Below the pieces are notes generated by a model. The model saw only the letters and a program-made list of their open reading frames with translations, had not been told where the DNA came from and searched no databases. From the NCBI GenBank assembly GCA_963674745.2, contig CAXXDV010000003.1, forward strand, positions 704,001-768,000: DNA of 64,000 nucleotides, given 5' to 3'. Positions 48,342 through 57,910 of the stretch are shown one piece after another. Source of the DNA: Desulfosudaceae bacterium (GTDB lineage Bacteria; Desulfobacterota; Desulfobacteria; Desulfobacterales; Desulfosudaceae). The translations under genes and the position numbers were made by a program. Each line of letters opens with the position of its first letter. Positions within the stretch are counted from its first letter, which is position 1.

Positions 48342-49021
48342 AATCCAGAGTCCTGATTGTTGAAGACGAGCCGGCCATTGCCGATACCATCCAGTACGCG
48401 CTGGAAACCGACGGATTTCATACCGCCCTGCTGACTGCCGGGCAGCCGGTGCTGCCTTATCTGGCAGCGGAAAAAGTCGATCTGATGATACTGGATATCG
48501 GCCTGCCGGACATCAACGGACTTGAATTATGCAAAAAAATTCGTGAACAGCATGACCTGCCGATTATTTTCCTGACCGCCCGTTCCGATGAAGTTGACCG
48601 GGTGGTCGGCCTTGAGATCGGGGGGGATGATTATGTGACCAAGCCCTTCAGCCCGCGGGAGTTGTCCGCCCGGGTTCGGGCGGTCCTCAGGCGCACCGGG
48701 AAAGGCCCGTCTTCCGCCCCACCGGCGTCATCCGCATTTCATATTGATGAGATGCGGCAGCGGATATCATTTTACGGTGAAGTGCTGGACCTCTCCCGTT
48801 ATGAATTTCGTCTGCTGAAGACATTTATTGATTCTCCCGGGCGGGTCTTTACGCGGGACCAGCTCATGGCAAATGCCTGGGATGAACCCGAAGCCAGCAT
48901 GGACAGGACGGTGGACGCTCATATCAAGAACCTGCGGGCCAAGCTCAGAGCCGTTGATCCGGAGATGGATCCCATTGTAACCCACCGGGGCACGGGCTAT
49001 TCATTGAAAGAGGGGATATGA
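48338..49021 (+). CDS. creB: Two-component response regulator, CreB-like (OmpR family)
   Basis: VEDEPAIADT..YAL, LDIGLPD, FLTARSDEVDR, DRTVDAHIK, THRGTGY; coupled to a CreC-like kinase. Confidence 0.88.
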   Translation: MKSRVLIVEDEPAIADTIQYALETDGFHTALLTAGQPVLPYLAAEKVDLMILDIGLPDINGLELCKKIREQHDLPIIFLTARSDEVDRVVGLEIGGDDYVTKPFSPRELSARVRAVLRRTGKGPSSAPPASSAFHIDEMRQRISFYGEVLDLSRYEFRLLKTFIDSPGRVFTRDQLMANAWDEPEASMDRTVDAHIKNLRAKLRAVDPEMDPIVTHRGTGYSLKEGI

Positions 49022-50478
49022 AACTCGGTATTCGCATCTTTTTTCTATATGTGACGATTTTCGTGATCTGTTTTTATTACCCCATCAATTGGACCTGGAC
49101 CAATCTCCGCTTCCGGTACCTGGAAGGCGTGGAGGACCCGCTGGTGGACCAGGCCAACATCCTGGCCGCCATTGTCGGCCACCAGATGCAAAGCGGCAGC
49201 TTCGATCCAAAAGCCTTTTACCGGGCATTTCAGAGTGTCTATGGCCGGCAGCTTAAAGCCCGGATTTATCAGTTTGATAAAGACCGGGTGGATATGCGGG
49301 TATATATTACGGACAAGGCCGGTCGGATTGTTTTTGATTCCGAGGACAACGGTCGTGTGGGTGAAGATTATGCCACCTGGCGGGATGTCCGCCTGACGCT
49401 GGATGGCGAATACGGGGCCCGGTCGACGCTCAAGGATCCGGAAGAGCCCACATCTTCCGTGCTGTATGTGGCGGCGCCGATCATGGTCAACGGTGAAACC
49501 GCCGGTGTCCTGACCGTGGCAAAACCGACCACGGCCGTCAACACCTTTCTGGAAAAAGCCAAACCCCGGATCGTCAGGATCGGGCTGCTTGCGGCCCTGG
49601 TCGCTATTGTTTTGAGCTTTCTCGTTTCTTATGCGGTTACCCTGCCCATCCGGCGGCTGACGCGTTACGCGAATGATATCAGCGCCGGTCGGCGATCTTC
49701 TTTTCCCCGGCTGGACACTAGCGAGATCGGTGATATGGGCAAAGCCTTTGAAAAGATGCAGGAGGCGCTGGAAGGTAAAAAATACGTGGAACAGTACGTC
49801 CAAAAGCTGACCCATGAAATCAAAAGCCCCTTGTCGGCTATCCGGGGGGCGGCCGAATTGCTCGAAGAGCAGATGGACGAGGCGCAGCGGGAGCGTTTTT
49901 TAGCCAATATTCATAATGAAGCCAATCGTATTCAGGACATTGTTGACCGCCTGCTGGAGCTGGCGTCACTGGAAAACCTGAAACAACTCAATAAGCGGGA
50001 AAGTATATCTATCGGCTCGCTGATACGGACAACCCTGGAAAGCATGCGTCCCATCATTGCCAAAAAAAAACTGACCGTTGTCAACCGGGTGCCGGAGGGT
50101 ATCATGGTCAGCGGCGATTCCTTTCTGCTGCATCGGGCCATTTCCAATCTGGTCCAGAATGCCGTGGACTTCAGTCCTGTCCATGGGCAGATCGAACTGG
50201 CGGCCACAAGAAGCAGCCAGGGCGTGGAATTGACCGTAGAGGATCACGGTCCGGGTATCCCTGATTATGCGGTCGGCAAGGTGTTTGATAAGTTCTTTTC
50301 CCTTCAACGGCCGGATACCGGCAGAAAAAGCACGGGTCTGGGATTGAATTTCGTAAAAGAAGTGGCCATGTTGCATAATGGTGACATAGGGCTACAGAAC
50401 AGGGCCGGGGGCGGCGCACGGGCCGTTTTGAGGCTGGAAAACAAGCCCCGCTCACCGGCCGTTCATCTTCCCTCCTGA
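49018..50478 (+). CDS. creC: Sensor histidine kinase, CreC-like
   Basis: VEDPLVDQANILA, DVRLTL.GEYGARST, LYVAAPI, GVLTVAKP, LEGKKYVEQYV..LTHEIKSPL, KSTGLGL. Confidence 0.92.
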   Translation: MKLGIRIFFLYVTIFVICFYYPINWTWTNLRFRYLEGVEDPLVDQANILAAIVGHQMQSGSFDPKAFYRAFQSVYGRQLKARIYQFDKDRVDMRVYITDKAGRIVFDSEDNGRVGEDYATWRDVRLTLDGEYGARSTLKDPEEPTSSVLYVAAPIMVNGETAGVLTVAKPTTAVNTFLEKAKPRIVRIGLLAALVAIVLSFLVSYAVTLPIRRLTRYANDISAGRRSSFPRLDTSEIGDMGKAFEKMQEALEGKKYVEQYVQKLTHEIKSPLSAIRGAAELLEEQMDEAQRERFLANIHNEANRIQDIVDRLLELASLENLKQLNKRESISIGSLIRTTLESMRPIIAKKKLTVVNRVPEGIMVSGDSFLLHRAISNLVQNAVDFSPVHGQIELAATRSSQGVELTVEDHGPGIPDYAVGKVFDKFFSLQRPDTGRKSTGLGLNFVKEVAMLHNGDIGLQNRAGGGARAVLRLENKPRSPAVHLPS

Positions 50479-50702
50479 TTTTAATCATCAACCGTTTCCG
50501 GCTCAAAAGGTTCACAAAAAAGCAATCAGGGCCGGGGTCGTTAATGGATCGGACTCACGGGTGTCTACATAAAGACAGGCACATGTTTGAATAAAAACAA
50601 CCGGGTTGACTTTTTTCGGGGTTTCATTTATAATATACTATATTTATTATATTTTGACGCCATTAAAAATTCCTTTTGTTTCTTTGGTTACAGGAAGGCG
50701 AT

Positions 50703-53471
50703 ATGTCCCCGACTTTACAACCCCAATCAGAAGAGTCCGCCCGACTGGAAGTGAACCTGGCGTTCGCAGCCCTTGAAAAAGGGGATCGGGAGGCGGCCCG
50801 GAGCCATTTCCACACAGCGGTGACAAGGCTTATCGACACGGGCCATTCAGAATCCAGCAGCCTGCTGATAACCGCTACGCTGGAGCTTTCCAAATTAAAT
50901 TTTATCGGCGGCAAAGGGTTCATCGAAGCCATTCCCTTTCTTCAGGCCAGCCTGAAAACCGCCCAATTTCTGGGTGACCTTCGTTCCATGGCCATGATCA
51001 AACTTCATCTGGGCCGACACTATTTTTTTGCCGGCAAACGGAAGAAAGCCACCGCTTTTTTCCAGGAGGGGAAGGATGAAGTAGAAGGCCTGGGCGATGA
51101 CGATATCCGGGACAGTGCGGCAGAGCTTATCGGCTTTTATTATTATCTTCAGGGACGGTTTGCCGAAGCCCTCGCCTATTTTGAAGTGGCCGTGGAACGA
51201 TTGGAAACGACCCGGGGCGTCCTGGTCCCCAGCCTTTCTGCTCCGGTATGGCTTGGATATTGTGCCGCTTACCTGGGGCAGTTTAATCGCGCCATCGGGA
51301 CCCTGGATTATTACCGTCGCATTCTGCGTGAGCGGGGAGATCGGACCCTGGCTGCCGTGACGCAGGCCCTGCTGGGTATCATCCTGCTGGAAATCAGAAA
51401 AAACAGTGAAGCTGTGACGCACCTTAAAGGCGCTATAGACGAGGCGGAAAAGACCGGAAATGTCATGGCGCTGTATTTCGCCACGGGCGGCATGGCCCTG
51501 TACTATTTTATCGACGGGAACATGGAGGCCTGTCGCCGTTGTGCCGCCGATACCCTTCAGATCGGTCAGGACGCCGGTATGTTCAGGCAATATATTACAC
51601 CGAATTTTCTGGAAATCGGATCCGCCTTTATCCGGGCGGGTGAATCCTTCCTGCCCGGTAAAGACGACCTTATCGAAATCGACCGTATCTTAAACGGTCC
51701 GAATGTTCATTTAAAAGGTGTTTTGCTGCGTCTGGTGGCGGAATATCGACTGTCGCTTGACGACAGCTTTGATCCGGAAAAAGATTTTCTGGCCAGCAAG
51801 CAGTACCTGAAAGAATCAGGCGATCCGATTCAACTGGCCAAAACCCGTTTTGCTTTGACGCGCAGTTATCTCAAGCAGGAAGACTTCATCAATGCCCGGG
51901 TTGAGGCCAGAAAAGCATGGAAAGAACTGGCCGGCTACGAAGAAACTTTTTTCCCCAAAGACCTTCTTTATCTGCTGGCAACGGAACCGGGCGTGGAACC
52001 GGCGCTGGAAACAAAAGAGGAGGTTCTGCTCCGGTTTATCGATATTATTACCGAGCTCATGCCGGTGCCGTCTCCTCACCGGCTGCTGACCCGGCTGGTT
52101 CAATCCACCAACCGGTTTTTCGGTGCGGAGCGGGGCGCGCTTTTCTGGTTTTCCGACACAACGAAAAAACCGCCCATGGTTCGGGCCGCCTGCAACCTGA
52201 CCGAAACAGACGCTTTTTCCGAGGGGTTCCGATCCAATCTGGCGCTGATCTTTGATGCTTACCGTGAGAACCGGCCGATATTGATACATGGCGCCCATAA
52301 GTCTCAGGAGCCTTACAAGGAAAAGGCGATACTCTGCCTTCCTTTTCAGATTCAAGACCGTACCAGGGGCGTCCTGTACCACGATAACGCCTATGTGACC
52401 GATCGTTTCAGCTCTCTTGACCAGATTCAGTTGCGCCGGTTGATCTACGCGCTCAGCAGCTATATTGAGCATGTCTGCGGTCTTTCCCGGGGGGTTGAAA
52501 AGTTTTCTTCAGAAACGACCGTGTCCAGGGGAACGGCCAGGGCCGCGGATATTATAGGTGAAAGCGATAAAATCAAGGCCATTCTGTCCAAGATTGCTCA
52601 GGTGGCCCCGGTTGACAGCAATATATTGATTCTGGGAGAAACCGGTGTCGGTAAAGAGCTGATCGCCCGTCGAATTCACGAGAAGAGCAATCGGCGTGAA
52701 GGCCCCATGGTCGTGGTGGATCCCACTGCCATTCCTGAAAGCCTGGTAGAGAGTGAACTGTTCGGTCATGAAAAAGGCGCTTTTACCGGCGCCGATTCCC
52801 GGAAAAAAGGGCTTCTGGAACTTGCCCATAAAGGCACCCTGTTCATTGATGAGGTGGGTGATATCCCCAAACAGGTTCAGGTTAAGCTGCTTCGGGTGCT
52901 CCAGGAAAAAACAACCATGCGTGTGGGCGGCATCAAATCCATTTTGACCGATTTCCGCCTGGTGTGCGCCACCAATCGCGACCTGGCCGAAGAGGTGGCG
53001 GCCGGCCGGTTTCGTGAAGACCTTTATTATCGATTGAATGTCATTCCCGTCAAGGTACCGGCTTTGCGGGAACGTAAAGAAGACATCATTCCCCTGGCCG
53101 TCTATTTTTTAAAACGCTATGCCATCCGCCACAACCGGCCTGTTCCCACCATGAGCCCCGAAGTAGAAACAAAACTGCTTACCTATCACTGGCCGGGAAA
53201 CGTTCGGGAACTGGAAAACATGATCGAACGCGGTATGCTGCTGTCCAAAGGTGAGGTGCTCGAACTGGACTTGCCCAGCAGCGACTCGCACCACACGGCC
53301 GACCCTTTTTTTGATCTGCCCACCCTGGACGAGGTGCAGCGACGCTACATTCAACATGTTCTGGAAAAGACCGGCGGCAGGGTCGGTGGGCCGGGCGGAT
53401 CGGCGGAAATTCTTGGCTTAAAACGTACTACCCTGTACAGTAAAATGAAGCGGCTTGATATCCGGTCATAA
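50703..53471 (+). CDS. Sigma54-dependent transcriptional activator with TPR-like and GAF sensor domains
   Basis: GETGVGKE, ESELFGHEKGAFTGA, GTLFIDEVG, FREDLYYRLNV, WPGNVRELEN, Fis-type HTH; long helical-repeat N-terminus; GVLYHDN GAF-like segment. Confidence 0.92.
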   Translation: MSPTLQPQSEESARLEVNLAFAALEKGDREAARSHFHTAVTRLIDTGHSESSSLLITATLELSKLNFIGGKGFIEAIPFLQASLKTAQFLGDLRSMAMIKLHLGRHYFFAGKRKKATAFFQEGKDEVEGLGDDDIRDSAAELIGFYYYLQGRFAEALAYFEVAVERLETTRGVLVPSLSAPVWLGYCAAYLGQFNRAIGTLDYYRRILRERGDRTLAAVTQALLGIILLEIRKNSEAVTHLKGAIDEAEKTGNVMALYFATGGMALYYFIDGNMEACRRCAADTLQIGQDAGMFRQYITPNFLEIGSAFIRAGESFLPGKDDLIEIDRILNGPNVHLKGVLLRLVAEYRLSLDDSFDPEKDFLASKQYLKESGDPIQLAKTRFALTRSYLKQEDFINARVEARKAWKELAGYEETFFPKDLLYLLATEPGVEPALETKEEVLLRFIDIITELMPVPSPHRLLTRLVQSTNRFFGAERGALFWFSDTTKKPPMVRAACNLTETDAFSEGFRSNLALIFDAYRENRPILIHGAHKSQEPYKEKAILCLPFQIQDRTRGVLYHDNAYVTDRFSSLDQIQLRRLIYALSSYIEHVCGLSRGVEKFSSETTVSRGTARAADIIGESDKIKAILSKIAQVAPVDSNILILGETGVGKELIARRIHEKSNRREGPMVVVDPTAIPESLVESELFGHEKGAFTGADSRKKGLLELAHKGTLFIDEVGDIPKQVQVKLLRVLQEKTTMRVGGIKSILTDFRLVCATNRDLAEEVAAGRFREDLYYRLNVIPVKVPALRERKEDIIPLAVYFLKRYAIRHNRPVPTMSPEVETKLLTYHWPGNVRELENMIERGMLLSKGEVLELDLPSSDSHHTADPFFDLPTLDEVQRRYIQHVLEKTGGRVGGPGGSAEILGLKRTTLYSKMKRLDIRS

Positions 53472-53582
53472 TTTCATAAACCGTTATGTTTTTTTGAGGC
53501 CCCGGTTTTTGTTTCTGTCAATGCCTTACGGTAACATACGTGACTCAGCTAATGGATAAAGTTGTGTCCATACAGGGGGCTG

Positions 53583-54317
53583 TCATCCCTGATGCCGGTC
53601 TCCAACTAACCACCGGGTCGCATTGCGGATGAATTCTTCCTGATGATGGACGGCCGTGATGCGATGATCGCCGCCTTCCTGGCGCAGCAGCCGTTTGGGG
53701 TGTTCGCAGGCGGCGTAAAGCCGATCCGCATTTTCATACGGTACCACCTGGTCGTTGTCACCGTGAACGATGAGAATATCTTTTAATCCTTTGACTTGTT
53801 TGCTGATATCAAAACGAAGGGAATGATCGAAAAATTCAGGGGGGATTTTTCCCAGCATCGGGTCCTGTGACTGCCGGATCGATTGTATCACCGGGCCGCT
53901 TTTCAGCGGTGCGGCCACCGTCACCAGCCGGACGGGTGGAAACTGCGCGGCTGAAGCCAGGACTACCGTACCGCCCATGCTGCTGCCGAAAAGGCCGGTC
54001 AAATGTCCTGTTTCAGGCCTGGCCTGCAATGTGGTCACGGCATCGACCAGGTCCCGGCATCTCGCCGGCAATGACGTGACCTTGACAAAATCACCGGCAC
54101 TCTCTCCGCAACCGCGATGATCAAACCGGAAATAGGCCACCCCGGCCCGGCAGCAGGCTTCGGCCAGGGCGATTTGTTTAGGGGATTCCTTGTCGGCAAA
54201 TAACCCGTGGCATCCGACCACAAACGGCACGGGCGTGGTGTCCGGCAGGTGGAGAACACCTTTTAATGTCAGGCCATCTGAGGTAAAGGCAAGGGGTATT
54301 GTTTCAAATAAGGCCAT
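53583..54317 (-). CDS. Alpha/beta hydrolase
   Basis: CHGL, RFDHRGCGES, GSSMGG, HGDNDQVVP, GDH. Confidence 0.92.
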   Translation of the reverse strand: MALFETIPLAFTSDGLTLKGVLHLPDTTPVPFVVGCHGLFADKESPKQIALAEACCRAGVAYFRFDHRGCGESAGDFVKVTSLPARCRDLVDAVTTLQARPETGHLTGLFGSSMGGTVVLASAAQFPPVRLVTVAAPLKSGPVIQSIRQSQDPMLGKIPPEFFDHSLRFDISKQVKGLKDILIVHGDNDQVVPYENADRLYAACEHPKRLLRQEGGDHRITAVHHQEEFIRNATRWLVGDRHQG

Positions 54318-54319
54318 AA

Positions 54320-56602
54320 TTAGTCTTTTTGTTTCCCCGTCATTTTAGATCTGTAATGTTTCAACCGGCTCTGAAAATAGTCTGTAGCCGTATCCTGGCC
54401 GGCATCGGTGGTGATGCGCAACCCTTTTCGGGCAAGGGCCGTGGCCCTTGGAAAGTCTCCCGCAGCCGCGTATGCATCGGCCAGCGTGCCGATATATAAA
54501 GGCTGCTGGTAGTCCGTCAGTCGGCAGGCTTTTGCGGCTGATATAATCGCTTCGGTTGCATACCGGGGGTTTTGATCCCGGGCAGTGATTAAAAGCCGGG
54601 CCAGATAGTCAAGAACCCGGGGCAATCGGGGATGGTATTCCAACAGCTGCCGCAATTCGCTGATGGCCTCTTCCTTTCTGCCACTGTCGGCCAGGGCAAC
54701 CGCCAGGTTAAAACGCGGCTGCTGTTCATAAGGACGAAGCCGGATAGCCTCATGGAAACGGTTGGTCGCCTGTTCAATATCACCCCGTTCCGCCAGGGCC
54801 ACGGCCAGGGAATTGTAAGCTTCGAAAAAATCATCATCGATTTGCACCGCGGCGTTCAAATGGTTGATGGCATCTTCCAGTTTTCCCCGGGAAAATAAAA
54901 TGTTGCCGAGGTTATAGTGCGCCTCGGGGTAACGCGGGTTCAACGCTATCGCCCTGGAATAATGTTCGAGGGCCCGGTCGGTTTCATTGATGCCGGCCAG
55001 GGCCGAGGCCAGGTTGTTGTGGACTTCGGCGGCACTGTCGTCTTGTTCCAGAGCGATATTAAAATGTTTGATCGCTTCTTGATAACGCCCCTTGCGGGTT
55101 AATGCCATCCCCAGGTTGCCGTGTGCTGAAGGGAAGTTAAATTTTAATGCCAGGGCGTAGTCCAGGTGCACGATCGCCTGATCCGTCCGACCGCGCCTTA
55201 ACGCTTCTTCTCCCGTGTCGGCGTATAATTCAGCCTCGTAGTTGATCTCTTCTTCGGGAAACGGGCCCGGCAGCGTCGAAACCAGAACCACGACGGCCAT
55301 GACGGTACCCGTGATCCAAAAAAGTCTGGGATTTGATGCACCTATCAACTCTTTTAATCTCAACAGCCCTGCGGTCGCGACAACAGACATAACCGGGATA
55401 AGGGGGATCCGATAACGGGCGGTGACAAAAATCAGTATCAACAGAAGCGGATTTAAAAATAGATATATTTTCAGCAACACGGGAATGCGTTGCCAGCAGA
55501 GGATCAACCCTGCCAGCGTCAGGGGCAGCAGCACGCCGAAAGGAAAACCGAAGCCGTTCACTTTCCAGGTCAGCTGTCCAAGCAGCCATGACCATTGGCG
55601 GAAGAGGTAGATATCCACGTTTCTCGGTATCTCTCGCGAGTTGAAAAGCCGGACGGTTTTACCGGCCAGTCCCCGCATAAAGAGGACCGGTTGTGATCGC
55701 ACAAAATCTTTAAAACGCTTGAAATAATACTCCTGCCGGGTCCACATGTCGCCGGAACCCCCGTTTTGACCGGCCAGGTTGGTTATTTTCCGCCAGTCCC
55801 GTCCGGGACGGGCGGTCAATGTTCCGGTGGCATCCGGGTTGTTGCCGATATACAGGTTGATTCCGCCGCCGGCGGATACGATTCCGTAGTGACCGGTTAT
55901 TTTTTTGTTTTTTTCAGCCACGGGCAGGGCGATCAGGCAGAAACCGGCCAGGATAAGGAACAGTTTGAGTATCGGATGATTGACCGGGTTTTCCCGTTGA
56001 AAAAAACGTATTATCAGCCAGATCGTCCCGGCCATAAAGAACGGAAGAAAAACAGGCCGGGTTAAAATGCTTAAAGCGCCGCAAACACCCAGAACCATAC
56101 ATACCCACCATTTTCCCCTGTCGGCCGCGTCCAGGAACAGCAGCATAAGAGCCAGAGACCAGAATACGGCCCAGCCGCAGGCCAGCAGTTCCTGTTCAAA
56201 AAAAATCAACGGGCCATAGGCCGCCACCATAATGCCGCTGATGATGCCGACGGCAGGCTTGAAAATATTTCTTCCCAGCCGGTATGTCAGCAGGCAGCAG
56301 AAACTGCCCAATATTGCCTGGACCAGTTTGGCCAGAAGGATTGAGTTGTTGCTGATCGCATAGACCAGGGCCAGGAAGGCCGGGTAAAAGGGGGGTTGCC
56401 AGAAGAAATTATGATAATAGTTTACGCCTTTACCGGCTGCCATCATGCGGGCGGTGATGTCATAGACACCCGCATCGACAACCGGTGTTGTAAAGGTCGG
56501 GCCGGATGTGCTCTGATAGAGGTAAATCAGACGTAACATCAGAGCCAGTAGAAAAATTCCGGCCTGAATACCCAACTCTTTCTTAAAAGACACGCCCTTC
56601 AA
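54320..56602 (-). CDS. GT-C (PMT_2/ArnT-like) glycosyltransferase with C-terminal TPRs
   Basis: DAGVY..A, PPFYP.FLA, LTRP, GGINLYIGNNP, RYRIP; many TPRs. Confidence 0.88.
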   Translation of the reverse strand: MKGVSFKKELGIQAGIFLLALMLRLIYLYQSTSGPTFTTPVVDAGVYDITARMMAAGKGVNYYHNFFWQPPFYPAFLALVYAISNNSILLAKLVQAILGSFCCLLTYRLGRNIFKPAVGIISGIMVAAYGPLIFFEQELLACGWAVFWSLALMLLFLDAADRGKWWVCMVLGVCGALSILTRPVFLPFFMAGTIWLIIRFFQRENPVNHPILKLFLILAGFCLIALPVAEKNKKITGHYGIVSAGGGINLYIGNNPDATGTLTARPGRDWRKITNLAGQNGGSGDMWTRQEYYFKRFKDFVRSQPVLFMRGLAGKTVRLFNSREIPRNVDIYLFRQWSWLLGQLTWKVNGFGFPFGVLLPLTLAGLILCWQRIPVLLKIYLFLNPLLLILIFVTARYRIPLIPVMSVVATAGLLRLKELIGASNPRLFWITGTVMAVVVLVSTLPGPFPEEEINYEAELYADTGEEALRRGRTDQAIVHLDYALALKFNFPSAHGNLGMALTRKGRYQEAIKHFNIALEQDDSAAEVHNNLASALAGINETDRALEHYSRAIALNPRYPEAHYNLGNILFSRGKLEDAINHLNAAVQIDDDFFEAYNSLAVALAERGDIEQATNRFHEAIRLRPYEQQPRFNLAVALADSGRKEEAISELRQLLEYHPRLPRVLDYLARLLITARDQNPRYATEAIISAAKACRLTDYQQPLYIGTLADAYAAAGDFPRATALARKGLRITTDAGQDTATDYFQSRLKHYRSKMTGKQKD

Positions 56603-56758
56603 CGTTGAAACATTCTCCTTTTACGGTCATATACATTATGAAAACGGGTTTATCATAGCACTTCATGTTTTGAAAACTCAATTACGGTTGCTTCACCGTC
56701 AAATATGTTTATATTATAAAAAGTATATATATAACCACTTTCAACCGGTGATTTTTTC

Positions 56759-57805
56759 ATGTACCTGGCCAGAAAGAAAATCGGGCACAGGATTCATTTT
56801 TTCCTGCGACAGAGCGTTTCAGACGGACAAACCATACGCAGCCGTGAGTTGTTTGATCTTGGCTGTCATCCCGAAGTCTATATTATTTATCCGGATAACG
56901 GTAATAACTTTTATTTTGATGACGGGTTGTGCGCGGCCATCAAAGCCAGGGGAGTGGAGCCGGATAACGACCTTCTGGAAACGGTCTTCTGGCCCTTTTT
57001 CACCCCTGAAACCCGTCGCCTGCTCGAAGGGGTCTCCCGCACACCGGCCGGGCGGGCAGGGCGTCTGGCAGAGGCGCGTAAAAGAAGCGAAGTCGAGGCG
57101 TTTCATATGTTTGACCGGCGGCGCATGCATTTTCTGCGTTTTGGTGAAATTGATCAATCCGGACTGGCCAGAGTACCCAAAAAAATCTTTCGTAAATTGC
57201 TGGATAAGTCCCGGGATGAAATCGAACAGCAGTTCATGACCATGGAACAAGTGCTGCAGCCGCACGAAAAAAAGAACTACGTCTTTGCAGTTTTCAATAT
57301 CGCCGGCCATTTTCAAAGTGAAATTGCCAGAAAGTTTCCCATGGCGCTGTCCGAGGAAAAGGTGGATGATTGTTTTATGGCGGAACTCTGCCGACTGAAC
57401 GCCGATGCCGCTTTCTGGGTGGATCTGCCCATGAGCGACTTTCTCCACGAATATCTGGTCCGCTATGCCTGCTGGTTCTATGATACGGCCTTTGCCGGGG
57501 ACGGCTACCTGGATGACCTGGTCTGGCAGTTCAAAAGCCGTCACCACGGGTTCCGGCCGCCGCCGCCCCGCAGCCATATGCCTGAAGAAGAGGCCCTGGC
57601 GGTACTGGGAATTGATCCTTCTGAACTCAACGGCATGACAATAAAAAATCTGACCCGCCATTACCGGCGCATGGCCAAACAGCATCATCCTGACCGGGGG
57701 GGCGGGCATGACGCTTTTATCCGCCTAAATCAGGCTTTTGAAGATGTGTTGCGTCGTATCAAAACAGGCAATAAGCCGCCGCGTTATCGTACCCGCCGGG
57801 GTTGA
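56759..57805 (+). CDS. Protein with C-terminal DnaJ (J) domain
   Basis: ALAVLG...YRRMAKQHHPDRGG...FIRLNQAF (HPD motif). Confidence 0.88.
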   Translation: MYLARKKIGHRIHFFLRQSVSDGQTIRSRELFDLGCHPEVYIIYPDNGNNFYFDDGLCAAIKARGVEPDNDLLETVFWPFFTPETRRLLEGVSRTPAGRAGRLAEARKRSEVEAFHMFDRRRMHFLRFGEIDQSGLARVPKKIFRKLLDKSRDEIEQQFMTMEQVLQPHEKKNYVFAVFNIAGHFQSEIARKFPMALSEEKVDDCFMAELCRLNADAAFWVDLPMSDFLHEYLVRYACWFYDTAFAGDGYLDDLVWQFKSRHHGFRPPPPRSHMPEEEALAVLGIDPSELNGMTIKNLTRHYRRMAKQHHPDRGGGHDAFIRLNQAFEDVLRRIKTGNKPPRYRTRRG

Positions 57806-57910
57806 CAGCGGAAACATCTGGACACATTAAAGCAGTAACTGTAAAATTCGATCAACCTTTGTCTTTTAAACAGAATCAGTGACGTCTGATAACGCATAGC
57901 TGATATAAAC

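Noticed and set aside
33531..50610. Recurring CAACC..G.TTGA quasi-palindromes in intergenic regions (about 33533, 41192, 50598)
   Set aside because: Spacer length varies; adequately explained by back-to-back -35-like hexamers.
56819..57709. 296-aa minus-strand ORF
   Set aside because: Antisense shadow of the J-domain gene.
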